A stretch of DNA of 63,952 nucleotides, the filler included, from Thraustochytrium aureum (Eukaryota), in assembly GCA_012862495.1 (NCBI GenBank). It is 5 parts of 4 records of this genome, joined end to end, with 100 filler letters (N's around TTAATTAATTAA, not from the genome) between each part and the next. Parts side by side here need not be neighbours in the genome. Positions count along the whole stretch, not along the records: positions 1 to 26,551 come from BLSG01000343.1; 4 more parts are not named here. The stretch is one strand, 5' to 3'. The position numbers were made by a program, and so were the translations under genes. The number at the start of each line of letters is the position of its first letter. The stretch's first letter is position 1. Shown here piece after piece: positions 1 through 11,742 of this stretch. The notes under the pieces are model-generated. The model had not been told where the DNA came from, searched no databases, and was given only the letters and a program-made list of their open reading frames with translations.

Positions 1-75
1 GGCGGATCACACGCGCAGAGGCTTTGCGCGAGCTCCTGCCCCAGAACCTCAGGGTGGCGCGGTGCATCTTCGCAG

Positions 76-1131
76 CTACTCCACAGCCACAACGGCAGGC
101 CGCACCAACCGCACGTGACACAGCAGGCGCTGCTCGCGCTTCAGCGCCTGTGCTTGCCACGGCAGGCAAGCAAGCGCCGCCCGAAGCTGGGCATTGCAGA
201 CAAACCCGTCAAAGCGCCCGCGGAGGAGGGATTCGTCCCCAGCCGCCAAAACCGTCGCGTCCACGAAAATTGGAGACGTCGTGTTCACCGGCGCCCAAGC
301 TGCTCGGACACAATCAAAGTCACCACGCGGCCGCGCCAGCAACACGCGTTGGCCTTGCTCGTCCCTGCCGCGGAACGGCCAGAACTGACCGCCGACCACC
401 TTGGTGGGCTCGTCCACGGGCCGGAGCCACGGCGCCGCAACGATAACAAAGGTGACGCGCTCATCCAGCGCAAACGTGTCGAGGACAAGCAGCTCGTCTG
501 GGATGTCCTGGAAAGCCGATTCCTCATAGAGCTCGTTAAGGACCGCGCTCCAGGCGTTCCCACGCTCGGCGAGGCCGCCGGGGAACGAGATGAAGCGCTG
601 CGGCCTCGTCACCCAGCCAGCCGGCTCGTCATGCAGATGCACGAAAGCTCGACGCGAAGCGAGATCGACGGGCACGATGACTACGGCTTTGGTCCTTATC
701 TCCGGCAGGCTGCGGCCAACGGGCAAGAACGTGTGCTTGACGCCACGAATGTCGAGGTAGGCGATCTCGTCGCCGTCGTCGTGGTTTGCCATAAACCTAG
801 CTCCGGCGCTGAAGAACGCCCGCTGCGCGCTTGTGATCATTTCATTGCGCAGGTCGGCTCGACTGAGGTGGAGGAAAGGTTTTGCGTGGGTCGCGCAAGT
901 GCGAACGAGCTCATCTTCGTAGCTCGACCCGGCGCGGTCAGGCGCTGCCGAGCGAACGCGGCGAAGGATCACCTTCCCCTGGGGCCTAGCGCCCGCCCGT
1001 GGCCTCGACGCTGCGTCAATCATTGCCAATCTGTTGTTGAGCAAGCAACCAGCTTTGGCGCTCTGATGGCGCCGTTCGCAGCTCTCGGCGTTTGTAGTCT
1101 GCTTCCACACACCGCCAGCGAATGGCCCCAC
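76..1131 (-). CDS. Putative Nudix-fold hydrolase with a degenerate Nudix box; start uncertain
   Basis: SFPGGLAERGNAWSAVLNELYEESAF resembles GX5EX7REUXEEXGU and is preceded by beta-strand-like KAVVIVPV...RAFVHLH. Confidence 0.55.
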   Translation of the reverse strand: MGPFAGGVWKQTTNAESCERRHQSAKAGCLLNNRLAMIDAASRPRAGARPQGKVILRRVRSAAPDRAGSSYEDELVRTCATHAKPFLHLSRADLRNEMITSAQRAFFSAGARFMANHDDGDEIAYLDIRGVKHTFLPVGRSLPEIRTKAVVIVPVDLASRRAFVHLHDEPAGWVTRPQRFISFPGGLAERGNAWSAVLNELYEESAFQDIPDELLVLDTFALDERVTFVIVAAPWLRPVDEPTKVVGGQFWPFRGRDEQGQRVLLARPRGDFDCVRAAWAPVNTTSPIFVDATVLAAGDESLLRGRFDGFVCNAQLRAALACLPWQAQALKREQRLLCHVRLVRPAVVAVE

Positions 1132-2640
1132 CTGGCTTTCGTTGCCTCGAGCAGCCTGCGGTTGTCAAAGTCGATCCCGATACTCGACCGACCGGCAGAC
1201 GGCCAGGGGCATGCAGTGCGTCAGTATTGGGGCTGCTTGATTGATGGAGCGCAATTGCTTAGACCTTGCGTCGACTTCGAGAAAGCCCTGCCCGTGACGG
1301 CTGGCATGTAAGCAGTACCCGACCGGTATGCACAGGCTGAAAGCCCCCACAGCCGCCCCGGTATGCACGGGGCGAAGGCGCTCTACGGCGCCCCGGCAAC
1401 CGGCACCGTCCATTACAGTCCATGAGGATTGGTCTGTGTGGATCGACTCGAACGACCAAAAATGTTCGCCGCGCGAGGGCGACACTTGAAAATACACCAA
1501 AACTGCCACCTCGACACTGCCTCGAGTCCTCGGGTAGGCTGCCTGCTTCTCCGAGCCCTCCGCCACTTTGCCGGCTCCGTCCAGCGGCAAGCACGGTTCA
1601 TCAGCGGCAGCGCACCGGCCCCTTCGAAACGGCCTTCCGGCCGGCGCAATCGAGCCTCTCGCAGAGTGTGATTGCATGGACGAGCTGCCAGACAGACCTC
1701 AATCTTCGTCGTCAGTCCGGGCGTTCCTCTACGCTTTCAAGACGCTTGATTGTGCTGGCTCTGATGACACTGACGACGCGATGAGCAGCGCATCGCACTG
1801 GTTGGATTCGCTGCCGGCGGGCAACCGGCCGAGTAAGGTACACCTTCGTGAACCGGTTGGCTACGGTACCTTAGAGTACTCGTACTAAGTAGGTACCTCC
1901 TCGCGTCGAAGAACACCTCTCAGCGTGGAATGGGAGCAAACAAATCCGCTGCACCTTGGGCCTTTCTCTTGAAATACAAAAGAAATCACCCCTGCCTGTC
2001 ACTGAAAAAGAACCTCAGACACGACACGACTCGGCGCCGACGGAAAAACCTCGTCAGGAACGGGGTACTGTGACGTGAATGCGCGAGGCACTCCTGTGAC
2101 GCCCTCCAATCCGGCAAGGCTTTACCATCCCAAGNNNNNNNNNNNNNNNNNNNNNNNNNNNNNNNNNNNNNNNNNNNNNNNNNNNNNNNNNNNNNNNNNN
2201 NNNNNNNNNNNNNNNNNNNNNNNNNNNNNNNNNNNNNNNNNNNNNNNNNNNNNNNNNNNNNNNNNNNNNNNNNNNNNNNNNNNNNNNNNNNNNNNNNNNN
2301 NNNNNNNNNNNNNNNNNNNNNNNNNNNNNNNNNNNNNNNNNNNNNNNNNNNNNNNNNNNNNNNNNNNNNNNNNNNNNNNNNNNNNNNNNNNNNNNNNNNN
2401 NNNNNNNNNNNNNNNNNNNNNNNNNNNNNNNNNNNNNNNNNNNNNNNNNNNNNNNNNNNNNNNNNNNNNNNNNNNNNNNNNNNNNNNNNNNNNNNNNNNN
2501 NNNNNNNNNNNNNNNNNNNNNNNNNNNNNNNNNNNNNNNNNNNNNNNNNNNNNNNNNNNNNNNNNNNNNNNNNNNNNNNNNNNNNNNNNNNNNNNNNNNN
2601 NNNNNNNNNNNNNNNNNNNNNNNNNNNNNNNNNNNNNNNN

Positions 2641-3138
2641 GGCTCCCATGAACGGCGCGAGTTGGCGCTGGTCGGAATCATGGTAAAGCGCAAGAGGGAA
2701 GAGCGCGCGAGAATAGAGCGCGCCAAGGCCCGAGCGCGAACGCTGGCGCGAATTGAGTGCAACAGCGAGGTGTGCCCGATTTGCATCAATGCCGTTACCC
2801 CAGGCAATGCCATAGTTACGCCTTGCGGCCACGTGATGTGCGCTCTTTGTGCGGTCAAGTTACTAATTCCAGAGCGCTACGGCCAGGAGGCCCTCTGCCC
2901 GCTCTGCCGGAGCAAATTCACCAGCGACTTGCGCGAGGAATTTGAGCAAATCGAACCGAAGCCGACCTCGGACCCCGACCCGGCAAGCGAGCCCGGGCGC
3001 GGATATGGCATGGACAGAATTTTCGAGGCAACGCTGCAAATACCTGCTGCTAGTTCGACGACCGCGATTGTCGTTGAGGACGATCCACCCCTTTGCCCCT
3101 CTGTCGGAGACGGCAACCGACCCAGACTTGACGACTGA
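2641..3138 (+). CDS. C3HC4 RING finger protein (probable E3 ligase), possibly 5'-partial at the gap; C-terminus may extend to 3277 via a frameshift
   Basis: CPIC-x13-CGH-x2-CALC-x15-CPLC RING signature; frame is open back to the gap, first ATG at 2680. Confidence 0.85.
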   Translation, partial: GSHERRELALVGIMVKRKREERARIERAKARARTLARIECNSEVCPICINAVTPGNAIVTPCGHVMCALCAVKLLIPERYGQEALCPLCRSKFTSDLREEFEQIEPKPTSDPDPASEPGRGYGMDRIFEATLQIPAASSTTAIVVEDDPPLCPSVGDGNRPRLDD

Positions 3139-3284
3139 ACAAGCTACGAACGGCGAGGCAGGCGAGGTACTGCGCGACGAAGGCGAGGTTTCGAGCCTCA
3201 AGCGGTCGCGCGACCACATGGGGATCGGCGATCATGTGGACATGGGTAGGCCGGCGATGCTACAGAGGCTGCATTGAGAGCAAG

Positions 3285-3388
3285 TTTGAACGAGCGACCC
3301 GCCTCGGTGGGAGCGACGTTTTGAACGAGCGACCCGCCTCGGTGGGAGCGACGTTTTGAACGAGCGACCCGCCTCGGCGAGAGCGACG
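3285..3388. repeat. 35-bp tandem repeat, about 3 copies, no spacers
   Basis: TTTGAACGAGCGACCCGCCTCGGTGGGAGCGACGT starts at 3285, 3320 and 3355 (third copy slightly diverged). Confidence 0.95.
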
Positions 3389-4041
3389 CAAGGTTCTGCA
3401 CAGTCGGCATGGCGAGCATGTCAAGGAGAGGAATAGTTTCGTCTGGATGGTTTTGGACGCTGCGGCCAATCCACACCTTGCTCTGGCGGTGTACCCAACC
3501 TGGCGAACGCGGCAAGCAGATTTACCGCTTGCTGCTTGAAAAGCATCGTGGCGGGTTTTCCTTGCTTGATTCCTTGATTAGGAAGCTCGTCTTTCAAGAT
3601 CAAGAAGGAAAGAAAATCCACCAACAAAATGGACGAAACGAGAGGGCCGCGCGAGAAGGGCGGCTGCGGCTCAAGAACAAACAGCGCGGTGGAACTCTCC
3701 ACGCAGGTGCCCCATGCCTCGCTCGCTTCGGAGCGAATGCGACGGCGCAGCCAAAAGAAGCAAATTTTTCTGCTTGCTCCGTGCTTGCTTGATTAGCTCG
3801 CCAAAGTTGTTCAAAAGTTGTGTTTGGTGAAGTCAGATGTCTCTCGTAGTCAAGGTTCCAAAGCCCGGGCCGCGCTTGGCCGTCGTTGGAGCGGCGTGAC
3901 GTCCAGCGAGCACCAAGACACGCTTGCACAGAACGAAGGCACAGCGGGCATCAGGGAAAACCGCATCGGCCGAAAAGCTCGGCATGTCATGTGGCGCCAA
4001 CAGCGGGGACTGGTAGAAAACTCGCCAGACAAGCGTTCCCT

Positions 4042-6647
4042 TCAGCGCTCGTCGTCGTCTTGGTCAGCGGTGAGCAACGCCACGATGTCGTCGCTGCTGC
4101 GGCTCGTAGAAATCGAGCCTGTCGGCGAGATGCCGCCCCCAGCCCCGCCTTGCAAGGCGTCGCCCAAACGCGCCCCCGGCGACGAGTCGTTTGGAGCGGC
4201 CGCCGGGCCGCCACGCTGAGGCGGCACAACAGGGGTGGAAAGAGAGTCTGACGAGCGGTGGCCGTCGTCAACGTGCGAAACGCGCCCGTCTGCACGCTTC
4301 GACCTTGCTTCGTCCGTGCCGGGCCTGACTGCCGGCCTATCAGCTCCTTTGTTTGTCGCGGCGCCCCGGCCTGCTCTCGCGCCCGTCGCGCTGATTGTGC
4401 GACTCGGCACGCCGGTACCAGCGCGCCCCGCAGGACCCGCAGGACCGTGCATCGCGGTCTGGTAATGCTGCGGGTGCTGCTGGAAGTGCACTGGGTACGG
4501 GCTATGGGCGCTGTTGGGCCCGTGGACGACCATAAGGTGGTGCTGCTGGCCATGCGCATGGTCCGGATGGGGTTGGTGATAGCGCACCGGAGTCGCCTGG
4601 CTGGGCGAGATCGCGATTTGGTGGCCCCTCTCGTGCTGCTTTGCGCGCTCCCCACCGACTGGCTCGTTTTGATGCGCAGTTGTAGCGTATGGCACAGCGA
4701 CTGCCAGCTGCGGCGAAGGCGTCCCGGCAAAGCCGTCGTCGCCCATGACAGGGCGAGTCGGACTATAGAACGGCGCGTCGAGCGGCCGCAGAATCATCGG
4801 GGACTGCGGGCCAGCGTACGGGTGGTGGGGGTAGTGGTGGGTAGTACCCCGAGGTTGGGGACAGCATGGGGCCGCCGGCGCCATTAATAAGGGGCCCCTG
4901 CTGATGCTGCTGGTGCTGCTGGTGCTCGAGCTGCTGCTCTTGATGATGGAACCGCGTGTCCGAGCTCAGCGGCGGGATACCGAAATCTTCGGGGCCACTC
5001 AGAAACGGCGCTTGCATAATTGGGCCCACCACCTCTGCCAAGCGGCCCTCGAGCCAGTTGATGGTTTCCGCAACGCGAACTCGCTCGCTGGGGTTGCCCC
5101 TAACGCACGATTCAACCACATTCAGGGCCTGCCGCGGAAAGCACGGCGCCGCCAGGTCGAGCATGGCCGCCGAAAGCGCCTTGAGCATGGGGTCCGAGGA
5201 CTGGCTGCAGAGCTTGGCCACGCCAATGAAGGCAGGGTCCAGGGTGGGGTGAAACTGGCCATTCGGCCCCGTGCTCTGCGCGGCTGCCCAGAGGGGCTGC
5301 CCCAGCGTTGTGGCGATTGTCTCGAGCGTCTCTCGCGCGCCCCACATCAGCGCGCGGTGGTGCACGGCGTGGGCGCGATCTAGCTTGAGCAGCGTGAGGA
5401 GGAGGTCGTGCCAAAAGTCGACTTGGAGCCCGGCGACGCAGCCGACCGCGCAACTTATTGCCAGGTCAACCGAGGTGGCGGCCGCCACGGTCGCCACGAC
5501 AGCCCACAAGTCACTGACGGCGCGGCGCACGGCGTGGCGCGTGTCGTCCCAGTTTTCGAACTCGAGCCATGCTGGCGTGGTGTGCCCTTCCGGGCGCGTG
5601 CTTGCCCAAGCGAGGATGGCCTGGTCGTTCCCCGCAAACCTAGCCAGTACCCTCTTCGCCTCGGGCAGCCAAGACGAGAATACCCCCAGCGCGCCATGCA
5701 GCGTGGGGTTGTTGGCGCAGCAGCCGTGACCAGGCCTGCCGACGCGCGAATTGAGGGCGACCCCCCCATCGTTGATCTGAGGGCCACGGCTGACGAGGCC
5801 TGCCGCTCGCTCGCTGTTGAGCGCATTGCGAAATGCTGCAAACTGCTCTTTGGGAATGTTCGTCTCGCGAAACTTGCCCTTGCGCTGGATTGCAGAGTAC
5901 AGCGCGCACAAGGGGGCCTTGCTGTGCGTGTAGCTCATTAGTTTGTTGCAGAACGCTCGGAAGCGGCCGCGGGACTCCTCCGACTCGGTCAGGTTGGACT
6001 GCAGGCGCTTGCCCACCTGAGTGATTCGGCACTTGGCCAAGTCCAACGGGGCCGGGAGCGCCACTGCGATGCCCATGAGGAAGAGCACGATAATGGCGTA
6101 CCCGGCCCGCTTTTGGTCTTCGGCGCAGCGGCCGGCCTCAGGCTTGAAGCCCCAGTCGAAAAATTCTTGGAATACAAACCATGGCGGGAGAGCTTGGGCC
6201 ACAGTAGCCAAGTGCTGGATCAAGTCCTCCTCAAAGGCCCATTCTTGGCCTTTCGCGCTCCCTTCGCTAACGACTGGCCAGGCTTCGGCCAAGTGCGCTT
6301 CGTGGCGGCGCTCGGCTGCCTGGCTTGTGCTGCTTGCCGTGCGCTCGAGCTTGACCGACTGCGTTGCTTCCCTTCTGCGCTTGCTGCTCGCTTGCGCCGC
6401 CTCATTTTGGGCCGCGGGAGTCAGCGCTCCGGGGGGCTCATACCCGGCCTCGTGCGGCCGGCGCCCTTGCGCTGGCGCCGCGCCCGCGTCCTCTGCCCCT
6501 CCCCTCGTCCCGCGGCCCCCGCCGCAGCCTTGGTTGGGCGCCGCAGGGCCGTCGTCCGCTATTCTCGCGGCCGCCGCCCTCGGGCTTCTTCTGCTCCCAC
6601 TTGGCGCACCAGGGCTTTTCTTGCCGCCGCTCGCGCTGCCATACCCC
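4042..6647 (-). CDS. Large uncharacterised protein with kinase C-lobe-like motifs and a Q/H/P-rich low-complexity tail; probable frameshift near 4830-4860; start not identified
   Basis: Frame of ORF 4763..6292 stays open upstream to about 6647; AVSDLWAV and CVRGNPSERVRV motifs; ORF 4042..4884 continues the H/Q/P-rich tail. Confidence 0.55.
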
Positions 6648-6669
6648 TACTATTGCTGTTGCCGCAATA

Positions 6670-6703
<34 letters not shown>
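6670..6703. repeat. (GCT/CAG)n microsatellite
   Basis: About 11 GCT units; similar tracts near 15037, 29733-29820, 31534, 40880 and 50593. Confidence 0.9.
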
Positions 6704-6704
<1 letters not shown>

Positions 6705-8269
6705 GCACGGCGCCCGTGCTGGTTGGCCTCATAGGTCGTCGTCAGCCTTCCTCAACGGGCGGCGAGGACCTGGGCTTACTGGCGCTCGCTGACCATCACC
6801 GCCGTCGCGTAGTTGGTTGGAACCCAGCAGCAGGTACCTGCTCGCCGCTCGGCTCGCGCTCGCTCCTTCTTCACCAGCTGGAGGCACCTTTTTNNNNNNN
6901 NNNNNNNNNNNNNNNNNNNNNNNNNNNNNNNNNNNNNNNNNNNNNNNNNNNNNNNNNNNNNNNNNNNNNNNNNNNNNNNNNNNNNNNNNNNNNNNNNNNN
7001 NNNNNNNNNNNNNNNNNNNNNNNNNNNNNNNNNNNNNNNNNNNNNNNNNNNNNNNNNNNNNNNNNNNNNNNNNNNNNNNNNNNNNNNNNNNNNNNNNNNN
7101 NNNNNNNNNNNNNNNNNNNNNNNNNNNNNNNNNNNNNNNNNNNNNNNNNNNNNNNNNNNNNNNNNNNNNNNNNNNNNNNNNNNNNNNNNNNNNNNNNNNN
7201 NNNNNNNNNNNNNNNNNNNNNNNNNNNNNNNNNNNNNNNNNNNNNNNNNNNNNNNNNNNNNNNNNNNNNNNNNNNNNNNNNNNNNNNNNNNNNNNNNNNN
7301 NNNNNNNNNNNNNNNNNNNNNNNNNNNNTGCTCGCTGTTCTACTCCTCGCTGTTCTCTTGAAAGGCAGAGGCCGGCCGCTGCTCTCTGCTGCTCTCGACA
7401 TCCAGCAACGCGCGCGCGGCAACCGTCGAGGGAACGCACGGCTGGCCGGGCTCTCTCACAAAAGCCCAGGTGTACGCGCGCCCCTCCCTCCCGTGGGCTT
7501 CGGAGAGGAGCTGCGGCTGGCCCCTCTCACGCGGGGTGAGAGGGGCAAGCGCAGCGGGAAAATTCGCAAGTTCGTTCGCTCTTCTGCTCCTGCTCCTGGT
7601 CTCGAGCAGCGAGCGCCCTCTTTCGACGTGCCAGCAACTGAGTGCGAAGGACACGAGATGGAGAGGGACTGCCAGTGCCAGTGGGGCGGGCCGCAAAGGA
7701 GAGCGCGCTTTGCCGTCGGCTGCCTCTACCAGCTGGAGCAAGGAGGATCCCCCCTTTCGGCTCTTCTACAGAGAGAGTCGAACAATGCGGCGGGGAGAGG
7801 CCGGCGCCAAACAAGGAGGGACCAAATTGCAGTTCAGACGTTGCCACTCTACCTAGGTAGGTACCCACCGGTCCAGCAGCCGCCCGGCAGCCGCCGCGCA
7901 GACTCTTGAACGGGCTGCCTCACTGGGTTCAACTTCCAAATTTGCCCAGAGTAGTTTCGGTTTGCGACACCAGTCTTGCCTCCTCCCGCGGTGACTGCCC
8001 ATGTGAGAGCCCGGCTGATGCGCTGCAAAAGGAGCCCAGTGGTGACTTGGCGGCGTTCTTACCGTCAAGTAGACCGGCGTCCGTCGCGCGGCGTGGCGCT
8101 CGGCTGGCTGCTCTCTCTAGAGCTGCAGCTAGTTGCAGCTAGCGCCGGGTCCTTGGTTTGGTGGCTGCTGCAGCTGCAGCCACGCACTGCGCTTCAAGTA
8201 CCCTGCGCACTGTTGAGGAGCTGTGACGTGTTCTGCTGTGCATGCCGCTGCCAGCCAAACAACCAAACA

Positions 8270-8276
8270 GCCAGCG

Positions 8277-8310
<34 letters not shown>
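8270..8310. repeat. (GCCA)n microsatellite
   Basis: agccagccagcc run; related tracts at about 21900-21990, 25143-25180 and 37846-37920, several close to gene 5' ends. Confidence 0.85.
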
Positions 8311-11300
8311 GGGTGCCGGCAGCGCACGGCGCCACGGCGTTGCGCGGGCGCAGGGAATCCCGGTTCCTGCATCGGCGTGTTTCGTTCTCGGCTGAGGCTG
8401 TAGAGCTGCTGGCCAGACGCTCAACGGCACGGTGATTTCGACCAGCAGACGGGTCTTGCAGCGCTGTCGTTTTGGCCTGTGGAGGGTTTTATCTGTCGTC
8501 GTTGGACGACGCTACCATCACCATGATGATGGATGGCCGGCCAGGTCCAAGTGCAACTCGTGATTCTCTGGTTTTTAAAATTTCGGACAGGGCGCCCGCC
8601 TCTGTGGCGCATGCACGCAAGCCACCCTGCCGCGCTGCACTAGCTCGGCGCTGGCGGTGCCGGACTGTCGCTGGAAGCAGCGAGAGGACGGGTTGAGGAG
8701 CTGAGGTTGTCGACGTCCATCGGTTCGTGGGTTGCGCCACGCGACACTGCGGTCGGTGGTCGGTAAATTGAGTTTGGACTNNNNNNNNNNNNNNNNNNNN
8801 NNNNNNNNNNNNNNNNNNNNNNNNNNNNNNNNNNNNNNNNNNNNNNNNNNNNNNNNNNNCCTACTCTACCCATACCCACGCACAAGAGCGAGCTATACTG
8901 CCGAGCCGGTCTCGTGCAACCGGTGCAGGGCGGCTCGCACCGGCACCAGGGCGCACTCCGTCCGGCAGCGCTCAAACCACGTGTCAGCAACCAACCAGTT
9001 GAATGCGATCTCGCCGCAAACGCTGCTACTTCGGCCTTGACCACTCGTGCTGTCCCCTCCCTCCACTCCAGCCAGTCACCCCACCCGGAAGCAACTCGAG
9101 GTCTGTCCTCCCGGAAAGCTGTGAATGCGCCCTGGAAAAACAGAGACCAGAATTCAGAAAATGTGAGGGCGAATCGAGGGCCAGTCACGCGGTGCGTACT
9201 CATTATTTTCGACACCCCTTCCTCCTGCCGCGCGGCTTTGTTGTTGTCTTGAGAGCGTTTCCGCCGAAAGCGCCGCTCGGTTTCACTCCGCGAAACCTCG
9301 CAGCTTCTCCGGTCCGAATCGTGCTCTCTCAAGCGAAGGAACTCGGCGTTGCGTGGAGAAACGGCCGGTAACCGACACTCTTGCAAAGTTCTCACGGCCT
9401 CTCGTCTCGTGCAGCCACGGCCGAGTGCTGAGGGGGAATGTTGTGTGAGGCGGGTGTCGAATTGGTGGCATTCGTAGGTCCTCATGGCCTCTTCCAGCCC
9501 GCACATGGAAGGTGGTCGGTCCTGTTGATCGCCGAGCCGCGCTGGCGGTTGGCGCTGCTGCGTCCCAACCCCACGGGGCGTAAACGACCCGCCAAGGAGG
9601 AACGCGTCGCAAAGTAGGCCTGCTGGGCGTTGCAAATGTAGGAACCGTTCTCGGCTTTTGATTCAGAGCTCGATGGCAACGGCGCTCGGAGGCAGCGGCA
9701 TTCCATCTGACGCTGTGCAAGAGTTTCGAATCCCTCCGCACGAGGTTGCCCGCGGTCCTTACGGCGGCCTCCTGCACGAGGTTGTTTGCGGTCCTTCCGG
9801 CGCCCCGGCCCGACGAGCACGTCTCACAATCCACTTCCGTGGACCACGTCTCATAATCCACTTCCGTGGACCGGTAGACTGTCTGGGACAGCAATGTTGC
9901 CACGCGGGCTCCCGGCTGCCAGGCCTGGGATATGATGAAGACTGCGTCTGGGGCCAGTCGCCAAGAGCAAGGAGGACCCTCCTTGCCAAGAGCTACGGTG
10001 CACCGACGCCTCCGCGTGGCCAGTGCCTGCTGCGCCCAAGCTTTTGAAGAAAAACTACAAGAAGGCGACGACACTCGCGCGTTCTGCGCGATGTCGTTTG
10101 TTCCCAAGCAACGAAAGGCACGTCTACATTTCAGTGCACGCCGTTGTCTTGATAAAGTCGGGTGGGTCATGGCGCACAACGTTGACAGAATCCCTGCAGC
10201 CATCATGGCCAGATGCTAAACGACGAATAGCTTGTTCTCATCTCCAGCAGCAACCACTCAAAACAGAACTTGCACAGTGAAAAACCCCCAAGACGCGACA
10301 CCACCCGCTCGTGCGCCCTCTCGAAATGGCGCGGGAGACATACGTGAGGAAGTGCGCTACTGAGAAACGTATTGCAAACAATTGACGTTGGTAAACCAAG
10401 CCCGAGGGTGCCTGCCGTGCGCACTCAAAAACAAAACCAACGACGTACGCAATCCGATCGCCTTCTTCCCTGCGCTCAATCCAACCCAATCGAGCAAATA
10501 CCACCGTGATGCCGCCTTGCCGACGGCTGCGCCTCTCCGTTCCTCGACTAGCCCAAGTCAGTAGGTACGGTATGGTTGGAAAAGATAGGCGACGACACCG
10601 GCGCAGAGAGTCCTACCGTGGAGAGTTCGCGGCCGACAGAGTGATCAATGGCCACGAGCGCCAAGGGCCGCAAACGATCCAACGAGAGCCGACCAGTTCA
10701 TGCAACCAAGGAGGATCCATCCACCCCCCTCGGTGCAATCGATGACGCTGGGCTACCGCCCTCAACTCGTCAGCCTTCATCCAACTTGCCCACGTTCTCG
10801 CAATGCGTCGTTTTGGCTGCTGTGGCCTGCAATCCTCGACCAACTCGAAGGCTCGATCGACTCGAGTCGACCAGAGAGGAGGATCCATCCCTCTGCGCCC
10901 TCGGCCAAGACGAGAAGCAGAAGCAGGAAACAGCAGGGTCGCAGGTTGGTCGTAGGTATCGTGAGCAGAGCGCGCGCAAGGAGAGTGCGTGATCAGGAAA
11001 GAGAGGTGAGAGGAAGCGTCTGTCCTGCTGCTGCCGCTTGGCGGCCGCCACAAGACAGGCCGTTTTGTCCACCCGGCCCGGCCGGCAGAAAGACTTGCAA
11101 GATCTGCGCGTGCACGGCATGTCTTGCAGGAAGGCGCGTCTTACGTCTAACGTCCTCCTTGGTAGAGAACTCACAGCGCCAGCCCTCTCGCTTTTCTGGC
11201 CGCTTGATTTTCAACCAAGGAGAGGTCGGCCGCTCTGCTGCCGACGCCTGCAAGGGCGAGAACTTGATCAAGATGAAGGCCATGAGTCAGTCATCCGCCC

Positions 11301-11742
11301 GCACGTGCCCAGCGCTGCTGCGCACTCTTCGCTTGCTCGCTTGCTCGCTGACGACCTGCAGGGCTCCGCGGCCAGTCTCACGAGCAGACTCATCACGCGG
11401 TCTGCCCAGCCTGCTAGTGCCGGGCAAGCGCCTGGCTGGTCGTGCGCGTCCCCCCAGACCCAAGGCAGACGGGCGGGCGAGCTCTCAAGCGGCGGGATGT
11501 GCCAGCGCGAGGCCGCAAAGAGCTAGCCCGCGCAACAGGCGAGCGCGCTGCGTTCGCCCCTTGGGTCGTCCGCTGCGCGTTGGTCCCTCAGCCGCCCAGG
11601 CAGGCCTCGTGTGCGTTTAGCGCCGCTCGCGCTTGCGGCCGCCTTTCCGTCCGCGGCGTGCCAACCCCGACCGCGTCGTGAGGGATCTGGCAACATCCCG
11701 CGGCAACTCGAACCGCACCGAAACAAGCCTCTCTCTCTGCGC

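Noticed and set aside
1986..2858. Long ORFs spanning N-runs (also at 6716, 18240, 37393 and others)
   Set aside because: Length is inflated by unknown bases, so they are not evidence of genes.
3285..3388. 35-bp repeats as a CRISPR array
   Set aside because: Units are head-to-tail with no spacers, there are no cas genes and the context is eukaryotic.
8860..9635. bZIP-like basic motif RRKRSQDNNKAAR in a minus-strand ORF
   Set aside because: Spacing is off, there is no leucine zipper and the rest of the ORF is not protein-like.
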